This document shows, one piece after another, positions 35,349 to 44,150 of a stretch of 64,000 nucleotides of DNA (position 1 is the stretch's first letter; each line of letters opens with the position of its first letter). Source of the stretch: Myxococcota bacterium (lineage in GTDB: Bacteria; Myxococcota_A; UBA9160; UBA4427); assembly GCA_028278345.1 (NCBI GenBank), contig JANQEL010000277.1, forward strand, positions 11,889 through 75,888. The letters are read 5' to 3'. A model generated the notes under the pieces. It was not told the origin of the DNA and searched no databases. It worked only from the letters and a program-made list of their open reading frames with translations. A program made the translations under genes and the position numbers.

Positions 35349-35980
35349 GCCATGAGACCCCGCTCCCGCAGGAGTCCATGCAGTTCGTCACGCCCCTCGC
35401 GAATGAGCTTCCGCACCCCCCATTCGTGCGTGTGGTTCTTCGGGATGTGACGCCAGCGTTTCGCTGCCTCCCGCCCAACGGCTGTGCGGCGCTCGACACC
35501 CGCAGCCTTCTGGCCCATCGGGCCGTTCGTCCCGATCGCGAGCCCGACGTAGAGCACGCCGTACACGCGCCACCGCCATAGGTCGAGCTGCTCGACGACC
35601 TGGTCGAGCTCGAGCCACGCGTCCAACTGCTCGATCGGCTTCTGGCTCGGAACGAACACCGTGTGCCCGGTGGGCCGGGCGGTGACCGTCGATGACTTCT
35701 GGCGCGTCCCGACCTGGGCGACCTCGTACCAGGGGACGCCCTCCCACGTGCGGCGGCACTCGAAGCAGATCTTGCGCCAGTGCCCGGGCAGCGACGGGTC
35801 CGGGTCAGTGATCGACCGTTTCGAGACGGTGATCGCCGGTCCCCTGCCGCAGTGCTTGCAACGATCGCCGGCGACGCCCTGCGGTCCCGTGTTGGTGCGG
35901 ATCGAGTCGATCGACTCGTGCAGTCGGAACAGGTGCCGAATCGCTTCGTCCGGGTGGGCGTAGGGGGTCATTCGGCCCAC
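35330..35980 (-). CDS. zinc-ribbon protein with a C-terminal HTH-like segment, possible late-gene regulator
   Basis: CKHC...CFEC four-Cys motif. C-terminal WGVRKLIREGRDELHGLL looks helix-turn-helix-like. First gene after the AT-rich palindrome and upstream of the packaging genes. Confidence 0.45.
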   Translation of the reverse strand: MGRMTPYAHPDEAIRHLFRLHESIDSIRTNTGPQGVAGDRCKHCGRGPAITVSKRSITDPDPSLPGHWRKICFECRRTWEGVPWYEVAQVGTRQKSSTVTARPTGHTVFVPSQKPIEQLDAWLELDQVVEQLDLWRWRVYGVLYVGLAIGTNGPMGQKAAGVERRTAVGREAAKRWRHIPKNHTHEWGVRKLIREGRDELHGLLRERGLMAWGKTW

Positions 35981-35992
35981 CCCGCACCGCTA

Positions 35993-36113
35993 GGGCAGAA
36001 AGGGCAGAAACGAAGGGGGTTCCTATTTCTTTTCCCTACACCTATATATTCTTTAACTATATAGATATGGGAAATAGAATTAGAAACAGGGGTCAATTCT
36101 GCCCTTTCTGCCC
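35993..36113. promoter_or_regulatory. 121-bp AT-rich imperfect palindrome bounded by perfect 17-bp inverted repeats (GGGCAGAA x2)
   Basis: gggcagaaagggcagaa at 35993-36009 and its exact reverse complement at 36097-36113. The 87-bp interior is the most AT-rich stretch in the window and partly self-complementary. Confidence 0.65.
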
Positions 36114-38585
36114 TCACAGCAGCCCCCCCTGCGTTGAATCTCCCTCTGCTTTCTCCGTTCCACCGTCGAAATCCACGGTTGTGAGCGCGATCCCGTCGGC
36201 GATCCGAATGCCACCCGTCTTTCGGATCGGGTAGTCGGAGTCGACCACCGAGTAGAACTTCTTCTTCCCCAGTCCCCGCACATCGTTCTCTCGGCACCAC
36301 TTCCGATACGCCTCCCACAATGCGCCACGCTCGATCCAGGCGTCTTCGTCGAACCTGCACGCGTCTTCGTAGAACTCCGACAACGGATTCGAGCTCGCGC
36401 GATACGACTCGACCCCCTCGATCACGGCCGCCGGCGGCCGCAGGTGGCCATCGCCCAGGTACTCCATCGCCCCCATGACGAGCCAGGCGAGGATCCCGGT
36501 GCGCGCCTCGAGCGTGGAGAGCTTCGCGCCAAGCAGCGGATCCATCTCCGAGGTATCGACCTTGTGCGCGAACTCGAACGGCCGCAGCCGCCTCCACAGC
36601 GCGTCGTCGTCGACCCGCCCCCGCGGTCGGTCGTTCGCGACGAACCAGAGCCCCATGACGGGCGTCCACTCCTGTACGGACTCGAAGAGCCCGCGCGCGA
36701 CCATCGTGTCGCCGCCCGAGAGCTGCTTGATCAGGCCATCGTTGAGCGCCTGGCCGTGACCGACCTCCGTCGACGAGACGACGCGCACGCGCGCGAGCCG
36801 CGCGAGATCCGGTGACGCCGCCCCGCCCCCACCTGAGCGCCCCTGCTGCTGCAGGAACGTCGAGAAATCGGCCGCCTTGTGGTAGCTCCCTAGTGCCCCC
36901 TGGATCGCCTTGATGATCGTGCTCTTGCCCGTCGCCCCCGGCCCGTAGACGAAGAAGAACACCTGCTCGGGCTGCACGCCCAGGAGCGAGTAGCCCATGC
37001 ACTTCTGAAAATAGTTCCGGACCTCGCGGTCGGGGATCGCCGCCTCGAGCGTGTCGACGAACTCCTGACAGAGGACGTTCTCGTCATACGGCGCGCCGGC
37101 GATGCGCGTGCACCGGTGTTTTCGGTCGTGGGGCTCGATCTCCCCGGTTCGCAGGTTCACGATGCCGTTGCGGCAGTTGAGCACGTACGGGTCGGGGTCG
37201 AGGTCGCGCTCTGACGCTGCGCAGTGCGCCTTCGCGAGCGTGATGATCGAGGCCATCATCCCCGAGGTGCCCGACCGCTTCACCCACTTCTCCGCGGCCT
37301 TGCGGTCGTCCTCGTTCTCGATGCACTGCGGCAGCGCCCACAGGTCGTCGAGGAATCGCTGCGACCGGATCTCGACGCCGGCGTTCCCGCCCCGGCGGTT
37401 GCCATCGGAGAGCCCGTCGCTGAAATACTGGCCGTCCCAGACGTACCAGGCCTTCTGGGAGGTGTGGAAGATGAGGTCTTCGCCGTGGATCGCGAGAAAG
37501 CGGTCGGCGTTGCCCTTCTCGTTCCACGGGAATTCCCGGTTTCGAAGCGCGGGGTGGGTCGAGGCCTCGGCCTCTGCTGCATCGGCCCGCTGCTCGCGAA
37601 CGCGCCGCATTGCGGTGATCACCGTCCTCGAGAAGTAGTCGCCGCCCCGATTCTTGATGGCGTACCAGGCATCGGGGTCGCGATGCCGCGAGGCCATGAG
37701 ACCGAACGCGATCGTGCGCGGGTCCATGATCCCCCACTGGCAGAGCGCGATCGCGAGGCCGAAGTCGGTCTTGTCCGGGCTGCCCCCCTCGACCTTCAGG
37801 CGCTTGTCACGCCGGAAGAGTTGCCGAACGCGCTGGTTGTCGTCGACGGCGGCCTCGACGGCGTCCGGGGTCGCACCGTCCCACTCGTCGACCGAGATCG
37901 TGAAGCCCTCGATCTCCTCGGGAGCAGTTGTCGTTTTCTCGACTCGTTCGAGGCGCTCGATCACCATCTCATCGAGCCAGATCGGCGCTGGCGGAAGCTC
38001 GCCGGGGTCGATGTTCCACTCGTAGGTCATTCCTGACGCGTGCTTCGAAGGGGGTGCGATCACGAAGTCGCCATCGCCCAGGTAGGTGAGCCCCTGCGCG
38101 AGGCCCGGGACACGTGGGCGCTCGACCGGCGGCGCCGCGAAGTAGTAGTGCACACCCCCGCCCCCGGTGGCCACGCTCGGCGTCGAGAGCGGCAACACGC
38201 CGTGACGGGACTGCAGATCGTCGAGGACGGCCAGGCCCCCGCGCTCGGCCGACACATCGAGCACGACCAGGCCGGAGGCCTTGCCGGTCATGATCCCGAT
38301 GTTCGCGTCGGGCCATCGATCGAAGGCCTTCTCGATGAGCTCGCGGAACCACTCGCGCGGATCGCGCTCGTCGTCGGCGTGATCGATCTGGGAGAGGTCG
38401 CGCTCGTGCTTGCCGATCCGGTCGCACGCGGCGCTGTACTCGCACGAGCAGCTCCCGTCCGAGAGCGGGGAGTGGAAGGGGCGAACCGACCAGCCGGCGT
38501 CGTAATAGCGGAGGGCGTGTTCCTTGTTGGTGATCAACGGATGGGTTCCCCTCGCGGTCCTCGAGAGCGGTATCGCTTGCGCCAC
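36114..38585 (-). CDS. bifunctional primase-polymerase / D5-P4 family replicative helicase
   Basis: N-terminal prim-pol-like domain. Central D5_N-like region. SF3 helicase Walker A FFVYGPGATGKST. GTG start. Confidence 0.9.
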   Translation of the reverse strand: MAQAIPLSRTARGTHPLITNKEHALRYYDAGWSVRPFHSPLSDGSCSCEYSAACDRIGKHERDLSQIDHADDERDPREWFRELIEKAFDRWPDANIGIMTGKASGLVVLDVSAERGGLAVLDDLQSRHGVLPLSTPSVATGGGGVHYYFAAPPVERPRVPGLAQGLTYLGDGDFVIAPPSKHASGMTYEWNIDPGELPPAPIWLDEMVIERLERVEKTTTAPEEIEGFTISVDEWDGATPDAVEAAVDDNQRVRQLFRRDKRLKVEGGSPDKTDFGLAIALCQWGIMDPRTIAFGLMASRHRDPDAWYAIKNRGGDYFSRTVITAMRRVREQRADAAEAEASTHPALRNREFPWNEKGNADRFLAIHGEDLIFHTSQKAWYVWDGQYFSDGLSDGNRRGGNAGVEIRSQRFLDDLWALPQCIENEDDRKAAEKWVKRSGTSGMMASIITLAKAHCAASERDLDPDPYVLNCRNGIVNLRTGEIEPHDRKHRCTRIAGAPYDENVLCQEFVDTLEAAIPDREVRNYFQKCMGYSLLGVQPEQVFFFVYGPGATGKSTIIKAIQGALGSYHKAADFSTFLQQQGRSGGGGAASPDLARLARVRVVSSTEVGHGQALNDGLIKQLSGGDTMVARGLFESVQEWTPVMGLWFVANDRPRGRVDDDALWRRLRPFEFAHKVDTSEMDPLLGAKLSTLEARTGILAWLVMGAMEYLGDGHLRPPAAVIEGVESYRASSNPLSEFYEDACRFDEDAWIERGALWEAYRKWCRENDVRGLGKKKFYSVVDSDYPIRKTGGIRIADGIALTTVDFDGGTEKAEGDSTQGGLL

Positions 38586-38950
38586 CGGCCGATCGTCCCG
38601 ATCGCGTCACCGACGGAGCGAACGACGGCGGCGATGCCCCCGGCCGCGCGCACCTGCTCGATGAAGTTCATCTGCTCCGGAGTCGGGCGGCCGCCTGGGG
38701 CCTTGGCTTCCAATGCGGTGAAGATCGCCATGGTTCGGCCTACGTCGCGCGCGGTGATCTTGTGGGGCGTCCAGCCGATGAGGTCGGACGAGCCCTTGTG
38801 CAGGCCGTAGACGACGGTGTGGGTCCTGCCGCGGCGGTCCTTGAACTTCGCGACGCCGACGTTGTTGCGGAAGAGCCGGCTCTCGGTCTTCGAGATCTCG
38901 ACCCACACTTCGCGGAGGATCTGGGCTTCCGACGGAGAGGGGTCGGTCAT
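38534..38950 (-). CDS. VRR-NUC domain nuclease
   Basis: PD-(D/E)xK-type motifs ...SSDLIGW... and FTALEAKAP. Confidence 0.8.
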   Translation of the reverse strand: MTDPSPSEAQILREVWVEISKTESRLFRNNVGVAKFKDRRGRTHTVVYGLHKGSSDLIGWTPHKITARDVGRTMAIFTALEAKAPGGRPTPEQMNFIEQVRAAGGIAAVVRSVGDAIGTIGRWRKRYRSRGPRGEPIR

Positions 38951-39144
38951 TCGTGCACCAGATCGCCGGAAGGCTCAAGAGGTGGTTCGGAGACGAGTTC
39001 ACCGCAACGCCGGCAGTAGAGAGCCCAGCCGTCTTTGATCAAGTGACGCTTGCTGACCTCCACGAAATCATGGTCGGGTCGGATTCTGATCCGGTTCTCG
39101 TCGTAGTCCTCGGCAACGATCTTCGTGCAGCTACCTTCGATCAC
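38947..39144 (-). CDS. small hypothetical protein
   Basis: 65 aa from a GTG that forms a GTGA overlap with the helicase stop. ATGA overlap with the VRR-NUC start. Confidence 0.4.
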   Translation of the reverse strand: MIEGSCTKIVAEDYDENRIRIRPDHDFVEVSKRHLIKDGWALYCRRCGELVSEPPLEPSGDLVHE

Positions 39145-40580
39145 GCCGCCCCCCTCCCCCGCCGTCGCTTCCACTGCTCGCGCCATTCGTTGCGCTCGCG
39201 CAGGATGTGGTCCGCCCACGCCTCCGGGTGGTCGTAGTCCCGGCGCTTCCCGAGGGCGATGAGTTCGTCGCGGGTCTTCGCTCCGCGTGTTTCCGCCTTC
39301 TGCTTCGCCTTCTTCGCCTGCTCTTCGCGGAACGCCGCCTTGTCGACTTCCTCGAGCGTCCCCTCGACCTCTTTCACTTCGCGCGCCTGGATCGGATAGA
39401 CGTGACCGCAGACGGTGCAGGCGGGAGCGACGATGCCGTGCACCGCGTAGCACTTCGGGCACTGGCGAACGGGAGCGGACTTCTCGCTCTTCTTCGAACG
39501 CCGACCGGCCGTGAGCTTCCACTCGCGCTCATCGTCCGGGAGGCCGTGGCGCATGGCGTTGCCGACGTGATCGAGGATGATCGCCGGCTCGGGTTTCGGC
39601 CGGAGAGCTCGCCCAACCCACTGCAGCCACATCGACAGAGAGTCCGTCGGGCGAGCCTCGATCACGCACTCAACCGTGCAGTCGACGCCGGCGTTCGCGC
39701 TGAGGTCGAATCCCTCGCCGAGCAGCTCGACGTTGCTCACGACTTGAAGGCCGCCCACGGCCAGGGCGCGTAGCTTGGCCGCTCGTTCGGCCGACGGCGT
39801 GGTGCCGTCGATGTGCGCTGCGGGGATGCCCGCGGAGAGGAACGCGGCGACGATCTTCTCCGAGTGCTCGCGCGAGACTCCGCGCGCGAGCGTCCTCATT
39901 CCGTTCGCGTGGCGCTTCCAGTGCTCGACGATGTCACCGACGAGCTCGCGCCGGTTCACCGCGACGTCGAGGTCGCCCTTGTGGAAGTCGCCGCCTCGCC
40001 GGCGGACGCCCTTCAGGTCGAGCGCGGTCGGCGGGGCGAAGAGGCGGTACCGCGAGAGGTATCCGTGCTCCATGAGCCACGCGACCGAGGGGCCGAGGAC
40101 GAGTTCCTGGAAGTGGTCGCCGAGGCCCTTGCCGTCGAGGCGCTCGGGCGTGGCTGAGAGGCCCACGATGTAGGCATTGGGCCAGGCCTCGAGCACCTGG
40201 CTCCACGTGCGGGCCGCCGCGTGGTGACACTCGTCCAGGATCACCAAGTCGGGAGCGGGCAGGCGCGCGAGGCGGCGGCCGAGCGTCTGGATCGAGCAGA
40301 TCTGCACGCCGAGCTTCGGGCGCTTCGGCCAGCCGCGCGCGATAAACCCGTGCGGGATGCCTTCGTTGGTGAACGCGTGCGACGTCTGCAGCACGAGCTC
40401 GGCCCGGTGGCAGACGAAGTAGATCCGCTTCGATCGGTTCGACGCGGTACCGGACATGGCCGCGGCCATGGCGGTCTTTCCGGCACCGGTCGGCGCCTGG
40501 AGCAGGGCTGATCGAACGCGGCCGAGAGCTGCGCGCGTTCGATCGATCGCGTCTTCCTGATATGGCCTGAGTTGAACCAA
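39141..40580 (-). CDS. superfamily 2 DEAD/DEAH-box helicase with a C-terminal zinc ribbon
   Basis: LRPYQ, Walker A APTGAGKT, DECH box (ILDECHHAA). C-terminal CPKC...CTVC. TTG start at 40580 is preceded by GGGGGG; the ORF track's longer N-terminus (to 40694) looks non-coding. Confidence 0.85.
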   Translation of the reverse strand: MVQLRPYQEDAIDRTRAALGRVRSALLQAPTGAGKTAMAAAMSGTASNRSKRIYFVCHRAELVLQTSHAFTNEGIPHGFIARGWPKRPKLGVQICSIQTLGRRLARLPAPDLVILDECHHAAARTWSQVLEAWPNAYIVGLSATPERLDGKGLGDHFQELVLGPSVAWLMEHGYLSRYRLFAPPTALDLKGVRRRGGDFHKGDLDVAVNRRELVGDIVEHWKRHANGMRTLARGVSREHSEKIVAAFLSAGIPAAHIDGTTPSAERAAKLRALAVGGLQVVSNVELLGEGFDLSANAGVDCTVECVIEARPTDSLSMWLQWVGRALRPKPEPAIILDHVGNAMRHGLPDDEREWKLTAGRRSKKSEKSAPVRQCPKCYAVHGIVAPACTVCGHVYPIQAREVKEVEGTLEEVDKAAFREEQAKKAKQKAETRGAKTRDELIALGKRRDYDHPEAWADHILRERNEWREQWKRRRGRGAA

Positions 40581-40714
40581 CGTACCCCCCGGACGTTGAT
40601 TGAGGTGGGTGGTTACGCGGGAACCGCCACGCGGGCCCCGATCGTGGATGCCCAGCAATCGGGGCCCTCTCCTACACTGGTTGGTGGAAAACAACCCAGC
40701 GGGAGACGTGTGCG

Positions 40715-41464
40715 ATGAACGAGGGCGATCAGTCGAAGAACGGCGAGAGCAGCTCGCCCAAGATCAGCAACGCCCCTACGCCGGCAATGAGTGAGAGCCA
40801 GCCGGCCCGAAGGCCGGACCACCAGGAGTCCATACCTACCTCCGATAACCGGTGGGGACAGGCCGCTGAGCGCATTGGAGCGTTCTTCCGGGACAACGGC
40901 GTGACGCTCCTCGTGCCAAGTATCGCAGCCATCGGAGCGATCATCGCGGCTGTGATACTGAGCCAGGGATCGCAGCCGGCCCCCGGCATTCACATCGAGC
41001 GCTACTACGCAACGCCGGAGGTCGCACCGGACCCAACCGAACACTCGCCTTCTAACTCTGACACGAGTCCAGAGACAGAAAAGTTCGTCGGCTACGAACC
41101 CCACTCCCAGGGCTGGGTCTACTTCAGCACTCTGCGCATCCCGAAAGGCACAAGACGTCTCGTTCGCGAGACGAGCTGCCAAGGCGACGACTGTGTCCAG
41201 ATCGTCCTGCAGCATGTTGAGAAACGCAACGAAGATAACCAGCTCGAGATGGTGGTCTTCGACCCTCCGGCTGTTTCCGGCCTGACTCTTCCGATGCCCT
41301 TTCGCACTGGCTGCAGCTATCGAATCGGAACGCCAAACTCGAAGTTCTACATCCACATCGCGCGAGACGTAGAGTTCGAGCCACTCGTACTCGTCTGGGC
41401 TTCCGGGCCAGATCCAGACTATGAAGGTGTCGACAACAGTGGCGCGATCTGCCCGCCGGCGTAG
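40715..41464 (+). CDS. single-pass membrane protein, opposite-strand moron
   Basis: ORF track 40715..41464. TM segment VTLLVPSIAAIGAIIAAVILS. Lower GC. Transcribed against the flanking early genes. Confidence 0.5.
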   Translation: MNEGDQSKNGESSSPKISNAPTPAMSESQPARRPDHQESIPTSDNRWGQAAERIGAFFRDNGVTLLVPSIAAIGAIIAAVILSQGSQPAPGIHIERYYATPEVAPDPTEHSPSNSDTSPETEKFVGYEPHSQGWVYFSTLRIPKGTRRLVRETSCQGDDCVQIVLQHVEKRNEDNQLEMVVFDPPAVSGLTLPMPFRTGCSYRIGTPNSKFYIHIARDVEFEPLVLVWASGPDPDYEGVDNSGAICPPA

Positions 41465-41473
41465 CACCCCCAC

Positions 41474-41830
41474 CTACCCCACCTCCCGCGCTCGCTCATC
41501 GGCGGGCCTCACGGTGCGCATCCGTCGACGACTCGACCGCTTCCGGCACTCGGCCGCGAACAGATTCAGTTCGTCGAGCCAGGAGACCTCGCCGTCACAG
41601 GCCTCGATCGCGTCGAAGACCAGGTCGAACGGAAGGCGGTGCGGATCGTCGGGATCGGCCCACTGCGACACCCTGCCCTGCGCGCGGCGTCGGGTCGCGA
41701 ACCCTTGGTGCTCGTAGGCGAGCTCGGTGAAGCGCTTGCGTCGCGATGTTCCTGGCTCCCCGAGGTCGGCGAAGACCATCTCGCTGGCACGCCGGGCCGC
41801 ACGTGGTGGGCGATCCGCTTGATTCTGCAT
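41474..41830 (-). CDS. hypothetical early protein
   Basis: ATG at 41830 (MQNQADRPP...). The upstream part of ORF 41474..42547 runs antisense through the lipoprotein gene. Confidence 0.45.
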   Translation of the reverse strand: MQNQADRPPRAARRASEMVFADLGEPGTSRRKRFTELAYEHQGFATRRRAQGRVSQWADPDDPHRLPFDLVFDAIEACDGEVSWLDELNLFAAECRKRSSRRRMRTVRPADERAREVG

Positions 41831-41866
41831 GGGTTTCTCCTGGGGGGTGATGCCGACCGAAGTCGG

Positions 41867-41882
41867 TGGAAACATGTTTCCA
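41867..41882. promoter_or_regulatory. perfect 16-bp palindrome, candidate operator
   Basis: TGGAAACATGTTTCCA in the divergent intergenic region between 41830 (minus) and 42017 (plus). Short inverted repeats flank it. Confidence 0.4.
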
Positions 41883-42016
41883 ACGACACGCAGAACAGTG
41901 TCGATCGGGGAGAAAATCGAGGGCGTCGAAAAAAATGACGCAACGACTCCACCGACTTCTGCGGTACGACAAATCGGAGCTGAGCGGCGGGAACGTCGGC
42001 TCAGGGGAGGCGGAAA

Positions 42017-42529
42017 GTGCGGAGAGCGGTGGCAGTGATCGTGATTGCGTTGGTTGCAGCGGGGTGTGCGGGGTCGGTTTACAACCCCCACCCTCGACTC
42101 GCCTACTACGACGAGGCTGAATACGCGCCGTACAGACTGCCGGGCTCCGGAGCGATATCCGGCGAGGTACTTGGCTCTCTCGGCCCCGCCCGAAATCGCC
42201 CGGTAGAGCTTCGGCCGGTCACGTCCCATTCGATCGAGTGGGTTCAAAGGCGAGTTCTCCGGACCGAGCTGTTGGACCCGCCCGACCCTCGAACTGTTGA
42301 GTTCGTACGACAAACCACGACGGACAGCGATGGACGCTTCGTGTTCACCGACCTGCCCGCCGGCGACTACTTCATCACCTCGAAGACGGCGAGCCTCCAG
42401 GGATTCCTTGCACTCGGCCGCGCGAACGTACAAAGCGGCGAACACAAGTCTGATGTCAGCGTCGAGCGGTGTCAGCATGAGATGCTTGTTCCACCTACCG
42501 CGCGCTGCCGCGCACTCCTGCTCGAGTAG
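42017..42529 (+). CDS. lipoprotein with a carboxypeptidase-regulatory-like beta-sandwich motif, opposite-strand moron
   Basis: Lipobox VIALVAAGCAG. The DSDGRFVFTDLPAGDYFI motif is typical of CarboxypepD_reg-like domains. Confidence 0.6.
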   Translation: MRRAVAVIVIALVAAGCAGSVYNPHPRLAYYDEAEYAPYRLPGSGAISGEVLGSLGPARNRPVELRPVTSHSIEWVQRRVLRTELLDPPDPRTVEFVRQTTTDSDGRFVFTDLPAGDYFITSKTASLQGFLALGRANVQSGEHKSDVSVERCQHEMLVPPTARCRALLLE

Positions 42530-42534
42530 TGCGA

Positions 42535-42861
42535 TCACGCCGCGCACTTCCCCTGCTCGCGGGCAAGGTCACGGATGCGTTCGCCCTTAAAGACGAGCGC
42601 GAAGTACGGAGCCCCAACGATTGGCCCAACGCGGCGACAGGTTTCTTTGTCCCACCCCCGAGAATCGACGTTCAGGAATCCCCACAGCTGCTGAGGAGGC
42701 ATCCGAACATCCGCATTCTCGGCGATGTACCGGGCCGCCTCGCTCAACGAGGCGAAGTCCGAAACGAAGTGGTCGACTAGATCCCGTCCCGTCCGAGCAT
42801 CTTTCAGCCATCGATTCAGGTCACTCATTTCAACGTGAAAGTGATAAACGAAAAAGCCCAC
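42535..42861 (-). CDS. hypothetical protein, possible Cro-like regulator; start may be the internal MSDLNRW
   Basis: First minus-strand gene, divergent from the XRE gene. Segment SLSEAARYIAENADVRMPPQQLWGFLN is HTH-like. Confidence 0.4.
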   Translation of the reverse strand: MGFFVYHFHVEMSDLNRWLKDARTGRDLVDHFVSDFASLSEAARYIAENADVRMPPQQLWGFLNVDSRGWDKETCRRVGPIVGAPYFALVFKGERIRDLAREQGKCAA

Positions 42862-42933
42862 GTCAAGGCTCTATTTCAATTTCCTGTTGATTGCGTGTCT
42901 GCGGGCGGCAAGTAGCTTCGTGAATTCATCATC

Positions 42934-43353
42934 TTGAGGTTGAAATTGCCTGCGAAGTCTCGCGGCAGGGGAGCGGAAAGGGACCGGGACGGCCTGCCTG
43001 TCCCGGATGCCCCGCTCTCGCCTAACCAGCGTGCGATCCGAAACCTGGTCATCACTGGATTCGGCGGCAGCGTCCATAAGCTGGCATCTGCGGTCGGCAC
43101 CGAGCCACAGACGGTCTACAAGTGGATCAACGGACTCAGCGAACCGAACCGCGTCAACCTCGCAGCAGTCGCAGAGGCAGCAGGCGTGGGGGTTGAAGAC
43201 CTCTGGGTCCCAGATCCGGACGCGATCTACTTCCGCGGCGCCGTGATTCGCGGCACCGGCAAGACGCGGGAGTTGTATGAGGAACTCAGCCGCCATGCGG
43301 AGGCCGTCGTGAAACACCACTCCCCTTCACTCGCGAAGAAGCTGGGGCTCTGA
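42934..43353 (+). CDS. XRE/Cro-CI family HTH regulator, repressor candidate; non-ATG start uncertain
   Basis: HKLASAVGTEPQTVYKWINGLSEPNRVNLAAVAEAAGV is a classic XRE HTH. The frame has no in-frame ATG. Confidence 0.6.
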   Translation: MRLKLPAKSRGRGAERDRDGLPVPDAPLSPNQRAIRNLVITGFGGSVHKLASAVGTEPQTVYKWINGLSEPNRVNLAAVAEAAGVGVEDLWVPDPDAIYFRGAVIRGTGKTRELYEELSRHAEAVVKHHSPSLAKKLGL

Positions 43354-43354
43354 G

Positions 43355-44002
43355 GTGAGCGCGAGACTAGACCCGCACGGTCAGCCGGTCGCGCGTTTCA
43401 ATCGCTCGCGCCTGACGGATCGCGCGATCGATGAGCTCGTAGGACTCTGCAAGGGTGTCCTAGCGGATGGCGTTGTCGACGAGAACGAGGCGAAATTCCT
43501 CGCAAACTGGATGCAGGCGAACCGAGAGGCCCGCGATCGATGGCCGGCGAACGTTCTCTTCCCTCGGATACGGGAGATGCTCGAGGACGACGTTCTCGAC
43601 GCAGATGAGCAAGCCGAACTCCTCGACTTGATCATCGATGCGACGGGCGGGGGTCTAGCGCCAACCCCCGAGGACGGCAGCATGTCGACAGCGCTGCCCG
43701 TCTGCGCACCTGCTCCGGAGATCGAATTCGAGGGATTTACCTTCTGTATGACCGGGAAGTTCGCGAGTGGGACCCGGAAGGAGTGCCAGGCGCAGGTTGT
43801 CGCTCTCGGCGGCTCGTGCAAGGGCGCCCCAAGCAGAGCTGTCGACTACCTGGTCATCGGAACGATCGGCAGCACGGACTGGATTCACTCGACCCATGGG
43901 CGAAAGATTGAAAGAGCCGTGCAACTGCGCGAAGAAGGCTCCGGCATCCACATTGTTGCGGAAGAACACTGGTTTGCGGCGGTCAAGGGCGCCGCGCAAT
44001 AG
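43355..44002 (+). CDS. TerB-like N-terminal domain / C-terminal BRCT domain protein
   Basis: N-terminus ...LADGVVDENEAKFLANWM... is TerB-like. C-terminus FEGFTFCMTGKF...R.E....V..LGG.....S...DYLVIG... matches a LigA-type BRCT. Confidence 0.65.
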   Translation: MSARLDPHGQPVARFNRSRLTDRAIDELVGLCKGVLADGVVDENEAKFLANWMQANREARDRWPANVLFPRIREMLEDDVLDADEQAELLDLIIDATGGGLAPTPEDGSMSTALPVCAPAPEIEFEGFTFCMTGKFASGTRKECQAQVVALGGSCKGAPSRAVDYLVIGTIGSTDWIHSTHGRKIERAVQLREEGSGIHIVAEEHWFAAVKGAAQ

Positions 44003-44150
44003 ACCAGCAAGTCACTCCTACAACGTGCGGTGTCGTCGAGCGTTTTTCTGAACACGCAAACCGCACAAGGTCTCTAGCGTTCTGTCGTGTGACCGGGGCT
44101 GTCACGGTCTCCAGCCAAAACGGGATCCCCCCCCAACAGAGGATCCCCCC

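Noticed and set aside
35968-37002. 344-aa minus-strand ORF running through the AT-rich palindrome into the primase gene
   Set aside because: It is off-frame relative to the well-supported primase/helicase CDS and has Arg/Gly-rich composition.
42871-43320. 149-aa minus-strand ORF overlapping the XRE gene
   Set aside because: The plus-strand frame contains a canonical XRE helix-turn-helix. The minus-strand frame has no motif.
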